Both the position numbers and the translations under genes were made by a program. Positions 12,271 to 24,840 of a stretch of DNA of 55,034 bases are shown here, piece after piece. Numbering within the stretch: position 1 is the first letter of the stretch; each line of letters opens with the position of its first letter. Where the stretch lies: NCBI GenBank assembly GCA_002269645.1, contig NIVC01000159.1:1-55034 (forward strand), read 5' to 3'. The notes beneath the pieces are model-generated. The model had not been told where the DNA came from and made no database searches. It worked only from the letters and a program-made list of their open reading frames with translations. The stretch comes from Macrostomum lignano. Its lineage: Eukaryota.

Positions 12271-12774
12271 CCTGTTGCCTTTGTGAAACCTTTATTTTTG
12301 TGTACTTTTGTTACTTTTAGAAAAAAGAGATTCATAACAAACGCCTTTGTCCATGACAATTTTACTCGAATAAGGTGATTTATGAAACCGAAGAAGGAAT
12401 CGGTTCTTAAGAAAAAGTGCTTTTTAATGGATTTGCTTGAATAATTTTTGCTACTTGCTTATTGGGCGCCCCAAAGGGGGCACTAGATTGCTAGCACTGT
12501 TTCTCATAGTGAATTGTCCGTCTACCTGGATGGAGTGCATTCGTCTGGAGCAACTTTGTCTATGGCAAAACTCCATTTAGCCCCATTCCTTATAGCTTTT
12601 TCTAAGATATGTTTGCCAAAGTAATGGAGCTTTTGTCTGTGGTATCAAGGCGTATCTAACACAGACAAAAATGTATCTTGCATAAAATTCAGTGCGCGTA
12701 GGCCCAACTGGGCTGCAAAAAGCTATATTTTATATTGTTATTACTTTCATCCAATGCTCTCTGCGGCCTTCCAG

Positions 12775-13091
12775 TTCCCCGCGCCGACTTCGCCGCGGCC
12801 GGCCAGCCGCCAGCTGCTGGTCTCCGTGTGGCAGAGCACCGACTTCCTGCAGTCGGACCAGCTGCTCGGCGACTGCCGCGTTGACCTCGGCTCGCGGCCG
12901 GCTTCGACGCAACCCAGCTGGCACCAGCTGGGCTGCCACTCCAGACGGTCCTCCCAGCAGGAGGCGTCACAGCAGATCAGCGGCGAGCTGGTCGTGGCCG
13001 TCAGGCTGGCTGGCGAGGAGCTGCAGGTCCTGGTGAAGGAGGCGCTCGGCTTGGCGAGCTTCCGGCCAGCGATGGAGCCGTTTGTGAAACT
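12775..13091 (+). CDS. Slp-like gene exon 4: end of C2A and start of C2B
   Basis: Acceptor TTCCAG|TTC and donor CT|GTAAGA. Encodes LLVSVWQ...LLGDCRVDL...WHQL and GELVVAVR...LQVLVKEALGL...PFVKL. Confidence 0.9.
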
Positions 13092-13241
13092 GTAAGAGGA
13101 ACTGAAACCTGCGCTGCTGAAATACCCGATAATTCCCGGAAATTCTCCCACTCTCAGCATCTGCAATCTGGGGCCGACCGAGCGCCATCTCCATCGCGAA
13201 GGTGTCCGGTGGCCACAGTATTTTTGGACTTGTCGAGCGGT

Positions 13242-15650
13242 CCATGAGGACCAATCCCCTCCATGAGGACCAATCCCCTCCATGAGGACTAACCCCTCCA
13301 TGAGGACCAATCCCCTCCATGAGGACCAACCCCCTCCATGAAGACCAACCCTCTCCATGAGGACCAACCACCTCCATGAGGACCAACCCCCTCCATGACC
13401 AATTCCCTTACATGAGGACCAACCCCCTCCATGAGGACCAATCCCCTCCATGAGGACTAATCCCCTACATGAGGACCAACCCTCTCCATGAGGACCATTG
13501 ACCAACCCCCTCCATGAAGACCAATCCGCTCCATGACCGATCCCCTCCATGACCAACCACCTCCATGACCAATTCCCTTCCATGAGGACCAACCCCCTCC
13601 ATGAAGACCAATCCGCTCCATGACCGATCCCCTCCATGACCAACCACCTCCATGACCAATTCCTTTCCATGAGGACCAATCCCCTCCATGAGGACCAACC
13701 CTCTCCATGAGGACCAACCACCTCCATGAGGACCAACCCCCTCCATGACCAATTCCCTTCCATGAGGACCAACCCCCTCCATGAAGACCAATCCGCTCCA
13801 TGACCGATCCCCTCCATGACCAACCACCTCCATGACCAATTCCTTTCCATGAGGACCAATCCCCTCCATGAGGACCAACCCTCTCCATGAGGACCAACCA
13901 CCTCCATGAGGACCAACCCCCTCCATGACCAATTCCCTTACATGAGGACCAACCCCCTCCATGAAGACCAATCCCCTCCATGAGGACCAACCCCCTCCAT
14001 GAGGACCAATCCCCTCCATGAGGACCAACCCCCTCCATGAGGACTAACCCCTCCATGAGGACCAACCACCTCCATGAGGACCAACCCCCTCCATGACCAA
14101 TTCCCTTACATGAGGACCAACCCCCTCCATGAAGACCAATCCCCTCCATGAGGACCAACCCCCTCCATGAGGACCAATCCCCTCCATGAGGACTAATCCC
14201 CTACATGAGGACCAACCCTCTCCATGAGGACCATTGACCAACCCCCTCCATGAAGACCAATCCGCTCCATGACCAATCCCCTCCATGACCAACCACCTCC
14301 ATGACCAATTCCCTTCCATGAGGACCAACCCCCTCCATGAAGACCAATCCGCTCCATGACCGATCCCCTCCATGACCAACCACCTCCATGACCAATTCCT
14401 TTCCATGAGGACCAATCCCCTCCATGAGGACCAATCCCCTCCATGAGGACTAACCCCTCCATGAGGACCAATCCCCTTCATGAGGACCAACCCCCTCCAT
14501 GAAGACCAACCCTCTCCATGAGGACCAACCACCTCCATGAGGACTAACCCCTCCATGAGGACCAATCCCCTTCATGAGGACCAACCCCCTCCATGAAGAC
14601 CAACCCTCTCCATGAGGACCAACCACCTCCATGAGGACCAAACCCCTCCATGACCAATTCCCTTACATGAGGACCAACCCCCTCCATGAAGACCAATCCC
14701 CTCCATGAGGACCAACCCCCTCCATGAGGACCAATCCCCTCCATGAAGACCAATCCCCTATATGAGGACCAACCCTCTCCATGAGGACCATTGACCAACC
14801 CCCTCCATGAAGACCAATCCGCTCCATGACCGATCCCCTCCATGACCAACCACCTCCATGACCAATTCCCTTCCATGAGGACCAATCCCCTCCATGAGGA
14901 CCAATCCCCTTCATGAGGACCAATTTCCATTCATGAGGACCAATCCCCTCCATGAGGACCAATTTCCATTCATGAGGACCAATCCCCTCCATGAGGACCA
15001 ATCCCCTCCATGAGGACCAATCCCCTCCATGAGGACTAACCCCTCCATGAGGACCAATCCCCTTCATGAGGACCAACCCCCTCCATGAAGACCAACCCTC
15101 TCCATGAGGACCAACCACCTCCATGAGGACCAAACCCCTCCATGACCAATTCCCTTACATGAGGACCAACCCCCTCCATGAAGACCAATCCCCTCCATGA
15201 GGACCAACCCCCTCCATGAGGACCAATCCCCTCCATGAGGACCAATCCCCTACATGAGGACCAACCCTCTCCATGAGGACCATTGACCAACCCCCTCCAT
15301 GAAGACCAATCCGCTCCATGACCGATCCCCTCCATGACCAACCACCTCCATGACCAATTCCCTTCCATGAGGACCAATCCCCTCCATGAGGACCAATCCC
15401 CTTCATGAGGACCAATTTCCATTCATGAGGACCAATCCCCTCCATGAGGACCAATTTCCATTCATGAGGACCAATCCCCTCCATGAGGACCAATCCCCTC
15501 CATGAGGACCAATCCCCTCCATGAGGACCAATCCCCTCCATGAGGACCAATCCCCTCCATGAGGACCAATCCCCTCCATGAGGACCAATCCCCTTCATGA
15601 GGACCAATTTCCATTCATGAGGACCCATCCCCTCCATGAGGACCAACCCC
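13242..15650. repeat. 16-19-bp satellite with higher-order structure, ~130 monomers (Slp intron 4)
   Basis: CCATGAGGACCAATCCCCT family with recurring variant cassettes. Near-identical ORFs at 14544 and 15036 imply a 492-bp duplication. Confidence 0.95.
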
Positions 15651-15841
15651 CAGAGCACAGAATTTGAAGGCTCTTGAAGATTAAAAATTCAGGGCCGCCG
15701 CACACCCTGCGTGCCGCCTGTGGGAATTGCAGCATGCGTGCTTTGTGGATTTTGGACAGTGCATGAAGGTCCCCTTGCAAACCAATTGTCCGATTTCTCC
15801 CCTTCCTCTCTTATCCTCGAATCCCCCCAACTCCCTCCCAG

Positions 15842-16184
15842 CTACCTGCTGCCGGACCGCAGCAAGCGCGGCAAGCGCAAGACCACAACGGCGCCGATTC
15901 GTGGCGCCGGCGCCGGTGCCAGCGGCGTCTCCGCCAAGTGGAGCGCCGCGCTAAAATTCGATGGGGTCGACGCCGACAGCCTGGCAGCTCGCGGCCTCGA
16001 GTTCAGCGTCTGGGACGGATCGGGACCTGGTAGCCTGGGCCACCTGGGCCACCTGGGCTACCGGCAGTACCTGGGTGGGGCGCTGCTGTCCGAGCTCGGA
16101 TCGCTGGTGGCCGGTGGCGGCTGGGCGGAGGCGCGGCTGCAGCTGAGGGACCTTCGGCAGCAGCGAGCGCCGGCTGCGGAGTGA
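15842..16184 (+). CDS. Slp-like gene terminal exon, C2B (YLLPDRSKRGKRKT...LKFDGVDADSLAARGLEFSVWD)
   Basis: Long polypyrimidine tract ending CCCAG|C. Phase 2 restores FVKLYLLPDRSKRGKRKT, the signature of Slp-family C2 domains. Stop TGA at 16182-16184. Confidence 0.9.
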
Positions 16185-17104
16185 CATTGTGGAATTTTTC
16201 AAGTTAATAAGAATGCGCGCTTAGCCTGAGTATTTTACCCTCATTCAGTACTTGAGAGTCGGTACTTCCCAAGGTTGTACAAGTATTACATTGTCTACGA
16301 GTACTTTTGTTCTTCCTGAGTGGCTGCTGTAATTGCCTGCGGGTTCATGAAAGGTCTTCACCCTCAGTTCCCTAATAGCTCTGCTCACCTGAGTCTTGAT
16401 TTTGACATCAGGCATAAATTGACAGCAGCGCATAACTTTGCGTTGCTCATTATAGTTACCTGTCTTTACTGAGCGCTAGAAAATGGACTAAACAATACTC
16501 GCGATTGCTCACTTTTCATACATAATGAATTTAACCTGGCTGCATGCAACTTGCATGTTTTTAATCTTCCTTCCCCCCCGGCAAAGAATATTTTATTCTG
16601 CATTGGCTTCTCCTAATCATGTCTCTATTATTTTCTCCGGCTAAAGTTATTGAGACGCTGTCTGACTCAAATACATGACGTTCAACGCCACTCGTATTAA
16701 TTAGCACCTTCATCAAGAGAATTTGAATCTTTTTAGGTCCGAGCTTGCCAGTTAAATCTCTGTTAATTTTTTTACTTCAACCTAAGGGGATCGGAGATTC
16801 CAATGAATTCCAATGCATTCAACGCAGTTTAAACTCGGGTCTCAAGCAGCCGCATAGCTCAGCATCCTGGAGTGCCGCACCGGCCGCTTCCTGTGCGCTG
16901 TTCCGCCAACAGCGACAAATCGAGACGCGGTGCCGAGAGGCCAGTGAAAGCCCAAAGGAAGTTTGCTCGAATTTACTTCGCAATGAGAATGCTTTCTGGT
17001 TGTGTTTTTGCTAAAGACCAGAGTTCCAATCCGATATAAAGGGACGCCGGTCAGTCCCGAACCCTTCAAGTGCTGCCCCCCACCCCAGCAGTGTTGGCAT
17101 CCCG

Positions 17105-17945
17105 ATGGGCAAAAAGTGGTTCCGCAAGTCCAAGCCCAAGCCCAAGCGGAAGGCCGCCGCCGACGGCATCTCCTCTCCGAAGTCCTACGCCGCTTTCAGT
17201 AGCGTCTTCGAGGAGTCGCTGCCTTCGGGCTGCAACGAAGCTGATTCCTTAGCTCTATCAAGTCAGCAGCCCTCGCCGCAGCCTCCACCGCTGCCGCCGC
17301 CCAGGCGATGGTCGCGCAGCGAATCGAACGCATCGACCTGCGAGCAGCTTCGGGAGGCGCTGCACGCCAGGCTCACGACCATCTCGTCGGTGTCCTCCGC
17401 CGACGAGCAACAGTCTACGGCCTCTTCCTCATCCTCTTCAACGTCATCTTCTTCTTCTAGCAGTTCCTCGTCATCCTCATCATCTTCTTCCAGCAGTTCT
17501 TCGTCTTCTTCCAGCAGTTCTTCTTCCTCCTCCCGCACGGGCAGTCGTCGCAGCCGCAGCCTGGGCACGATTCACGAGGACAGCCGGTGCGCCTACTTCA
17601 CTAACGATGGGTGCCACTCTGCATCAACTGGAGAGCAGCTGGACAGATCGATGGCATCCAGGTCCTGGGAGTTCAGCCACTCATTCAGCTCAGGCAGCGG
17701 CGCCGAATCGTCAGACTACTGCGCTCCGGTGCAGACCAAGCAGCGCCCCAACGAGAGCAACTGCTCAGAAACTGAAGCCCATAGCCCCTGCTTGCACGAT
17801 GAAACCTGCACAGTTGCCAAACAGAGGACGTCTGGCAGTAAAACGGCCAATAGCTACCGCAACAACTTGGTGCAGAGCTGCGCTTCGCATCCAGAAGATG
17901 CGCAGTGCCCCGCTGCGCAACTGAAATGCAAACCCACTGGCACAT
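17105..17945 (+). CDS. Orphan protein exon 1: basic N-terminus, poly-Ser tract, Cys/Ser-rich
   Basis: ATG ORF with GC-rich codon style. Donor T|GTATGT at 17945/17946 (phase 1). An upstream exon is not excluded. Confidence 0.6.
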
Positions 17946-18229
17946 GTATGTCACCAATGCAACAAGTTGTGACTTTTTTCAAATTTTAAATAGCCAATGA
18001 AAGCCAACAAACCACCACTATTCTTTTAGCGCCTTGTACCCAGAAGCCGAAAGCTTTGCATTCAACTTGTCAACAACCGAAAGTTTGCCGGGAAAAGTCT
18101 GCTGATCGATATGAAACTGTTCGATCTTCGGCAACGGACTGCGAAGCTACAAATCCGTGCACTGTTCAACAGTGTGAGCTTTTGCGCTATCATTTTTTAA
18201 TGTCCTTGAACTTACAAATTTGCTTCTAG

Positions 18230-18804
18230 ATGAACATGGCATCAGGAATTTTGTAGGCATCGAGAGTGAGTACACCAGACTGCCGTGTCAGACCTTCAAG
18301 TATCGTTCATTCGTCCCAGGAAGTACTTCAAAAGAGATCTCAAGACCGCCATGTCAGACGTTCAGGGATTATCAAACTTTAGACGGAAGCACCACTTCAA
18401 CATCATCTTCATCGGCGGACTGCAGTATCTCCCGCGACAGAACAAAAGATCATCTGCAGTCCACTCGGAAGCCAGCGTCGCTGAAACGCAGAGACTCCAG
18501 CAGGGCTGGCGCCTGCGCAAGCGTGCACAAGAGTCGCCACCGAGGCGCAGCCTGTGCCCGAGTCCGCCAGTGCCAACAGCCGCACCAGCAAGAGCTGCAG
18601 ACCTTGCGCAAGGGCCGCCATGCCGGCTGTCAGCACCAGCCCAGCATGGCCTGGAAGCTCAGCCAGGACAAGGCGGGCCGCCCAACCTTTGTCAGTTGGC
18701 ACAAGATGCCGGCTGGGAGCGACCTCAGCCGGTACGACCCCATCGCTCTGCACAGGTGCCTCATGCATAGGGAGTTCGGAAGCAGCTGCAACCTGCGCTG
18801 CTGA
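18230..18804 (+). CDS. Orphan protein exon 2; spliced product about 471 aa, ends ...REFGSSCNLRC*
   Basis: Acceptor TTCTAG|AT is phase 1 and joins exon 1 in frame with the 194-aa ORF. Stop at 18802-18804. Confidence 0.6.
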
Positions 18805-19419
18805 AATAATTAACATTTAGCAACCAATCGGAGCCTCTGATTCCTAGCTTTAAATCCGAGCTCACGGCAACAACCCGTCTAAAATGACCAGAAACCGTCT
18901 TGAATCTTTAATAGAGTTTTTATATTGCAAAAGTACTTGCTTATCCACGCTCTGCTGTCTTCCAGTACAACTTATTCCAGAGCACTTCTGGCCTAAATAT
19001 TACCAACCAGTCAATAACTACGCGGAACCGATTTCAAACCAGCCACCTCACAATGCACTAAAAATTCAACTGGCTGCTCAAACTGGAGCAGCTAGCAACG
19101 GCCACGAAAGCGTATTAACCTAGAAATTTAATCCGCATAGTCAATCTAAAGCGCTTCTATTCTTTAGAAATCACGCATTGTAGCCGATTAAAAAGGCTAT
19201 TTTATCTCAATAAATTCGGCAATTTTAAAATATGATTTCTAGCGCTTTTTCGAATAGCAATTTCAAACAAAAGCTTAGAATTTTTTATTTCTCCAATCCT
19301 GTTTCATTATTTGCCCGCAATGTTTTTGAAAACCATTTTAGGAAGCATTTAGCTTGGATAAAAATTGTAAAAACAATCACGAAGGCATCTGGACACAACG
19401 AAGTCATAGAAACAGCACC

Positions 19420-20410
19420 TATAGACACAGCACAGCCATAGACATAGCACAGCCATAGACAGCACAGCCATAGACAGTACAGCCATAGACAGTACAGCCA
19501 TAGACACAGACACAGCACAGCCATAGACATAGCACAGCCATAGACAGCACAGCCATAGACAGTACAGCCATAGACAGTACAGCCATAGACACAGACACAG
19601 CACAGCCATAGACACAGACACAGCACAGCCATAGACACAGACACAGCACAGCCATAGACACAGACACAGCACAGCCATATACACAGACACAGTCACAGAC
19701 ACAGCACAGCCATAGACACAGACACAGCCATAGACACAGCACAGCCATAGACACATCACAGCCATAGACACATCACAGCCATAGACAAATCACAGCCATA
19801 GACAAATCACAGCCATAGACACAGCACGGCCATAGACACAGCACAGCCATAGACACAGCACGGCCATAGACACATCACAGCCATAGACACATCACAGCCA
19901 TAGACACATCACAGCCATAGACACAGCACGGCCATAGACACAGACACAGCCATAGACACAGCACGGCCATAGACACATCACAGCTAAAGACACAGACACA
20001 GCCATAGACACATCACAGCCATAGACACAGCACGGCCATAGACACATCACAGCCATAGACACATCACAGCCACAGACACAGCACAGCCATAGACACATCA
20101 CAGCTAAAGACACAGACACAGCCATAGACACAGTACAGCCATAGACACATCACAGCCATAGACACAGCACAGCCATAGACAGTACAGCCATAGACACAGA
20201 CACAGCACAGCCATAGACACAGACACAGCCATAGACACAGACACAGCCATAGACACATCACAGCCATAGACACATCACAGCTAAAGACACAGACACAGCC
20301 ATAGACACAGCACGGCCATAGACACAGCACAGCCATAGACACATCACAGCCATAGACACATCACAGCCATAGACACAGCACGGCCATAGACACATCACAG
20401 TCATAGACAC
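19420..20410. repeat. Variable-unit CA-rich minisatellite, intergenic
   Basis: AGCCATAGACAC(AGCAC/ATCAC/AGACAC) variants. Confidence 0.95.
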
Positions 20411-21439
20411 AGCAAGACTCATCTGACAAAGATTAAAATGGACACCAGAACTTACATGAAGTTGAGCTTCATAGCTTTTATCTAAGCCTGCAAGCTTCAA
20501 GCAAGAAAGCAGCTGTTGAACTGGGCAGGGAATTTGGGGTTTGAAGTTTTTGTTTTTTTCGATAACAAATTTGGTCCATATTTGGACGCTGGTGGGGCAT
20601 TCGAAGGTTGCGTGAGATTCTCCCACCCACGCACAGTTGCTTTCATGCAGCAATGCCAATGGCTGTGTTGGAGTCGATTCGTGACTAAAATTGGTGAGTA
20701 ATTTGATTATCACACGAGCTCTGCCAGCTGGCAAACAGTTTCTCAGCCTTTCTGAGTTCAACTCGGCCTAAAAAAGCTGATGACAGTTGCCAGGGTGTCA
20801 GGATTTAAGAGTGTCAAGGTGTCAGGCTTTCAGGGTCAGTTTTTCAAGGTCAAATTGTTATGCATTTGAGTTTTGGTTCTTGGCCCGATATGGAAATGCA
20901 AGACAGCTGGTGTACAACTCGTATGTGCAGTATCGAGAGGACCTGATATCGAAAGGGCGACAAGATGATATTTTTCTTCAAAGGAAAACATGTATAAGAG
21001 TTTTTACGATACCAGGAAAGTCTAGCGCAATTACCTGGTTCCTGACCAATTGTGTAATGATTTTATAGGATTTTGGGGACAAGCAAAAGTCGATGCAGCG
21101 ATAAAAATACATTTTTCAGAAGAATTAAACAATTTTGTGAGACTAACAGAAGACAAAAGATGAGCTTTCATAGTCAGTCACAGCAATAAGTAGCTCAGAA
21201 AATGACTCTTAATCAAATCGAAATTCAGATTGACTGCCTCAACTGATTAATAAAATCTGCGCACTTAAACGATGTTTTGTTAATCTCGTTAATTAGAAAT
21301 ATTGCTAGCCCATTTCAAGGCGAAATGAATTATTCGAATTGTACCGATTCTGAAACTTTGTTTTTCAATAATAAACAGAATCAAAGAGAGAGAATCTACT
21401 GGGTTAACAGGAAGCGAAATTAGCAAGTGGTTGGCGTTC

Positions 21440-21865
21440 CTGAAAGGAGCTGGATGAATGACCAGGGGGCCTGAAGGGAGCTGGATGAGTGACCAGGGGG
21501 CCTGAAGGGAGCTAGATGAGTGACCAGGGGGCCTGAAGGGAGCTGGATGAGTGACCACGGGCCTGAAGGGAGCTGGATGAGTGACCAGGGGGCATGAAAG
21601 GCGCTGGATGAGTGACCAGGGGCCTGAAGGGAGCTGGATGAGTGACCAAGGTCCCTGAATGAGTGACCAGGATGAGTGACCAGGGGGCATGAAAGGCGCT
21701 GGATGAGTGACCAAGGTCCCTGAAGGGAGCTGGATGAGTGACCAGGGGGCATGAAAGGCGCTGGATGAGTGACCAAGGTCCCTGAAGGGAGCTGGATGAG
21801 TGAACAGGGGCCTGAAGGGAGCTGGATGAGTGAACAGGGGCCTGAAGGGAGCTGGACGAGTGACC
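21440..21865. repeat. ~31-bp minisatellite, ~13 copies, intergenic
   Basis: GCTGGATGAGTGACCAGGGGGCCTGAAGGGA and variants. Confidence 0.93.
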
Positions 21866-22253
21866 TGAAAGATCGAGCTAAATGGGTGCTGAACGAGTGA
21901 CCCGATTGGTAAGTGTGCAGAGGTATTATTTCAATGAATTATTTCAGGTATTATTGCTAGGTATCAGTTATCAGGTAATCTATTGCCTAGGTAAGAATCT
22001 GTCCAGTGAACTGTTGAGTTTAACACGAAGTCCCAAACGGACTGAAAAGCTGTTCGTATTAATAAAAATAAACTGATGCGAATGAACATTTCTAGGAAAT
22101 CAATGGCGCTTCTCTTTGCCATCTGCGCCCGGGACTCCTTAAGCGGTTACACTGGGCAATCTCGAAAACTTGACGATGTAAAGAATTTACAAGCGTACAA
22201 AGATTCAGAGTAAGAGCTTAGTCTTAGTCTGTCCGACTCGAACATTCGAATGC

Positions 22254-22903
22254 TCAGGAGAGTCCAACATCCGGCACCTGGCTGTAGATGCCAGTCATGA
22301 CGCCCACGCTGATGGCCAGAAAGATCCAGAACAGCAGCCGGTCCACCAGCCTGGCCAGCGTCACCCAGGCCTCCGGGCCGCTGCACACGCAGTTCACTAG
22401 CTGGTCGGGCCCCGCACTGTCTCGAAGACGCCGACTGCCCGGTGGCAGCGGCTGCTGACAGCGGCGGAATCGCTGTGGCGACTCGTCGTAGTCCAGCAGC
22501 GACAGGTGGCTCGGCAGGCGAGTCAGCGGCATCGGCCGTTCCGGCCCTCCGTTGCACCTGGCCTCCTCCTCGCCAGCGCCGCTGCTGACGCCGTTGTCCC
22601 CGAGCACTGCCTGTGGGGCCTCTTCAGGAGGTTGTCTGGACCGCGGCGGCTGGCTGAAGCTGAGCAGCCGGCTGACGTTGCCGCCAACGCCGCAGCGCGA
22701 GTCGCCTTGGAAATTGCGCCTCTGACGCCGCCGCCTCAGCTTCCGGCAGGCCTCGCAGTGCCAGGCGCGAAGGAAGGCGCGAATGAGGCGCGGCGGCAGC
22801 TGGCTGGGCGAGCAGGTGAACTTGCGCACGTGGATGTTGGTGACGATGACGCCCATCACTAGGGCTAGCGAAACCATCACCATGGTAACGCCGAATAGGA
22901 CGC
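22254..22903 (-). CDS. nAChR-type subunit exon 5: M3, intracellular loop, M4
   Basis: Acceptor TTTCAG|GC, phase 1. Encodes GVLFGVTMVMVSLALVMGVIVTNIH (M3) and WVTLARLVDRLLFWIF (M4 signature). Ends in TGA. Confidence 0.92.
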
Positions 22904-23893
22904 CTGAAAGTTGGTGATCGGGAGGAGACAGCTGCCGTTTCAGACTATATCTAGCCATTTCTAGCTATCATAAAAAAACTAGTGCTATCGATTGCTAGAG
23001 CCCGGTCGGCCTTCTGATCATGTGTCTATGCAAGATTTTATTGAAGGCATTTGCTGACGAAAACTGGAAGAATTCGTTTTCAAAAGTGCAGGCCGTGTTT
23101 TTCAATCCGAGAGCAGAAGAACACGCGACCGACAGAGAGCAACAGGGAGTGACAATTTTGGGGGCGCAGCTGAAGTAAGTTGCCATTTTCTCAAGGACCG
23201 CTCAGCCTCCTGGATCGGACAGCTGCCGCTGACTTCCGTCCTCTCGACTTCCCCTCCGCCTGCAAGTGGCCCGGGGCCACTGGGGAAGACTGGGCGGCTC
23301 TCTGATGAAGCTCCGGTCCTGAGATGAGATTGTCTCGAGTTACGGGCCGGAACATGCAGAGTGCAGGAAATCAATCAATATTAGTATTTCTCTCAGCTTT
23401 TGTTTGTACACAGACACGGGAAAATTAACTGCCGGGATGAAGGGCCCAGACTCAGATTATAAACAGGCGATTAACAGGCGGAACAAGCCGGCAAATCCGG
23501 GATTCGGTGACCGGCGTGCCGCTCGAGAGTCTGCAGCTGTCAGGTAGGAAGAGAATCGCTCACTTTTTCGCCTGAGTGAATTGCCGACTTTCTTCCCGAG
23601 TCGACAGTTTGGAAAAGTCAATTTCGCTTCTCGTGCTTCGCCAGTCCCGCTGAGCGGCCGAGACAAATTCTCTAAAGTCTGAAGCAACCATGACACGAAG
23701 AGCTCCGCCTCTAGCAGAGATTTAATCCCCAAAAAAGCTCGGAGATTTCTAAACTGGGATGCACTTTGCGGTTGAGCTTAATTCTCCTTGTCTGTCCGAT
23801 CCCGCTTTGAAATTAGGAGTGCCAAGTTTCAAGCCGCTTCACCGCTGGATAAGCAATCCAATCTAGCTGCTCGCAGTTGGCCTGCAGACTCAC

Positions 23894-24435
23894 CAACCAG
23901 CGGAATGGCGTCCGGAGTCGGCGGCAGGGTGTCGCCTACGATGAGCAGGAACACCACCAGGGCCAGCAGGATGGTGAGCTCCAGGTTGACCTTCTCGCCG
24001 CTCTCGATCGGCAGAAAGAAGCCCAGAAAGCTGGCCAGGTACATCAGCAGGCAGGGGAAGATGAGGTTGAACACGTAGAACAGAGACCGCCGGGTCATGT
24101 CTACGATGATGGTGACGTCCGGCCAGGGCTCCGGGCAGCAGGCGTAGAACCCGACGTCTCGCTTGAAGGAGATGCCGGACACGTTCCACTCCTGGTTGTC
24201 TTCCACGTAGTAGTTCTTGTTGGCGTCCACCTCCTCGTCGTGCCAGACGTCCACCTCGTGCAGGTGGTAGGTCCAGCTGATGAAGGTCGTCATGCAGGTC
24301 TGCTTGTCGAATGGGAAGTAGCGCACATTCAGAGTGCACGTGACCTTCACCACTGCCGGGAACATCCACAGGACGGAGCCGTTGTTCCACACGATCACGT
24401 TTGTGGTCATGAACTTCTTGCTGCTCTCGTCCGCA
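23894..24435 (-). CDS. nAChR-type subunit exon 4: Cys-loop, loops B and C, M1, M2
   Basis: Cys-loop CTLNVRYFPFDKQTC, loop B SWTY, vicinal cysteines YACCPEPWPD (alpha-type), ESGEKVNLELTILLALVVFLLIV. Acceptor CTGCAG|T, donor G|GTGAGT. Confidence 0.95.
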
Positions 24436-24462
24436 CTGCAGTTGAGAGTTGCAGGTCCGCCG

Positions 24463-24840
24463 TCACTCACTCACTCACTCACTCACTCATTCACTCACTC
24501 ACTCACTCACTCACTCACTCACTCATTCACTCACTCACTCACTCACTCACTCACTCACTCACTCACTCATTCACTCACTCACTCACTCACTCACTCACTC
24601 ACTCACTCACTCACTCACTCACTCACTCACTCACTCACTCACTCACTCACTCACTCACTCACTCACTCACTCACTCACTTACTCACTCACTCACTCACTC
24701 ACTCACTCACTCACTCACTCACTCACTTACTTACTCACTCACTCACTCACTCACTCACTCACTCACTCACTCACTCACTCACTCACTCACTCACTCACTC
24801 ACTCATTCACTCACTCACTCACTCACACACTCACTCACTC
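24463..24840. repeat. (TCAC)n microsatellite, ~94 units (nAChR intron 3)
   Basis: Nearly pure TCAC with TCAT, TTAC and ACAC interruptions. Confidence 0.99.

Noticed and set aside
17105-17125. N-myristoylation of the orphan (MGKKWF)
   Set aside because: Position 6 is Phe rather than Ser/Thr, and the start codon is not certain.
23299-23360. Hammerhead ribozyme (CTGATGA followed by an 8-bp stem TCCGGTCC/GGGCCGGA)
   Set aside because: The required GAAA after stem II and a compatible stem III/UH site are missing.
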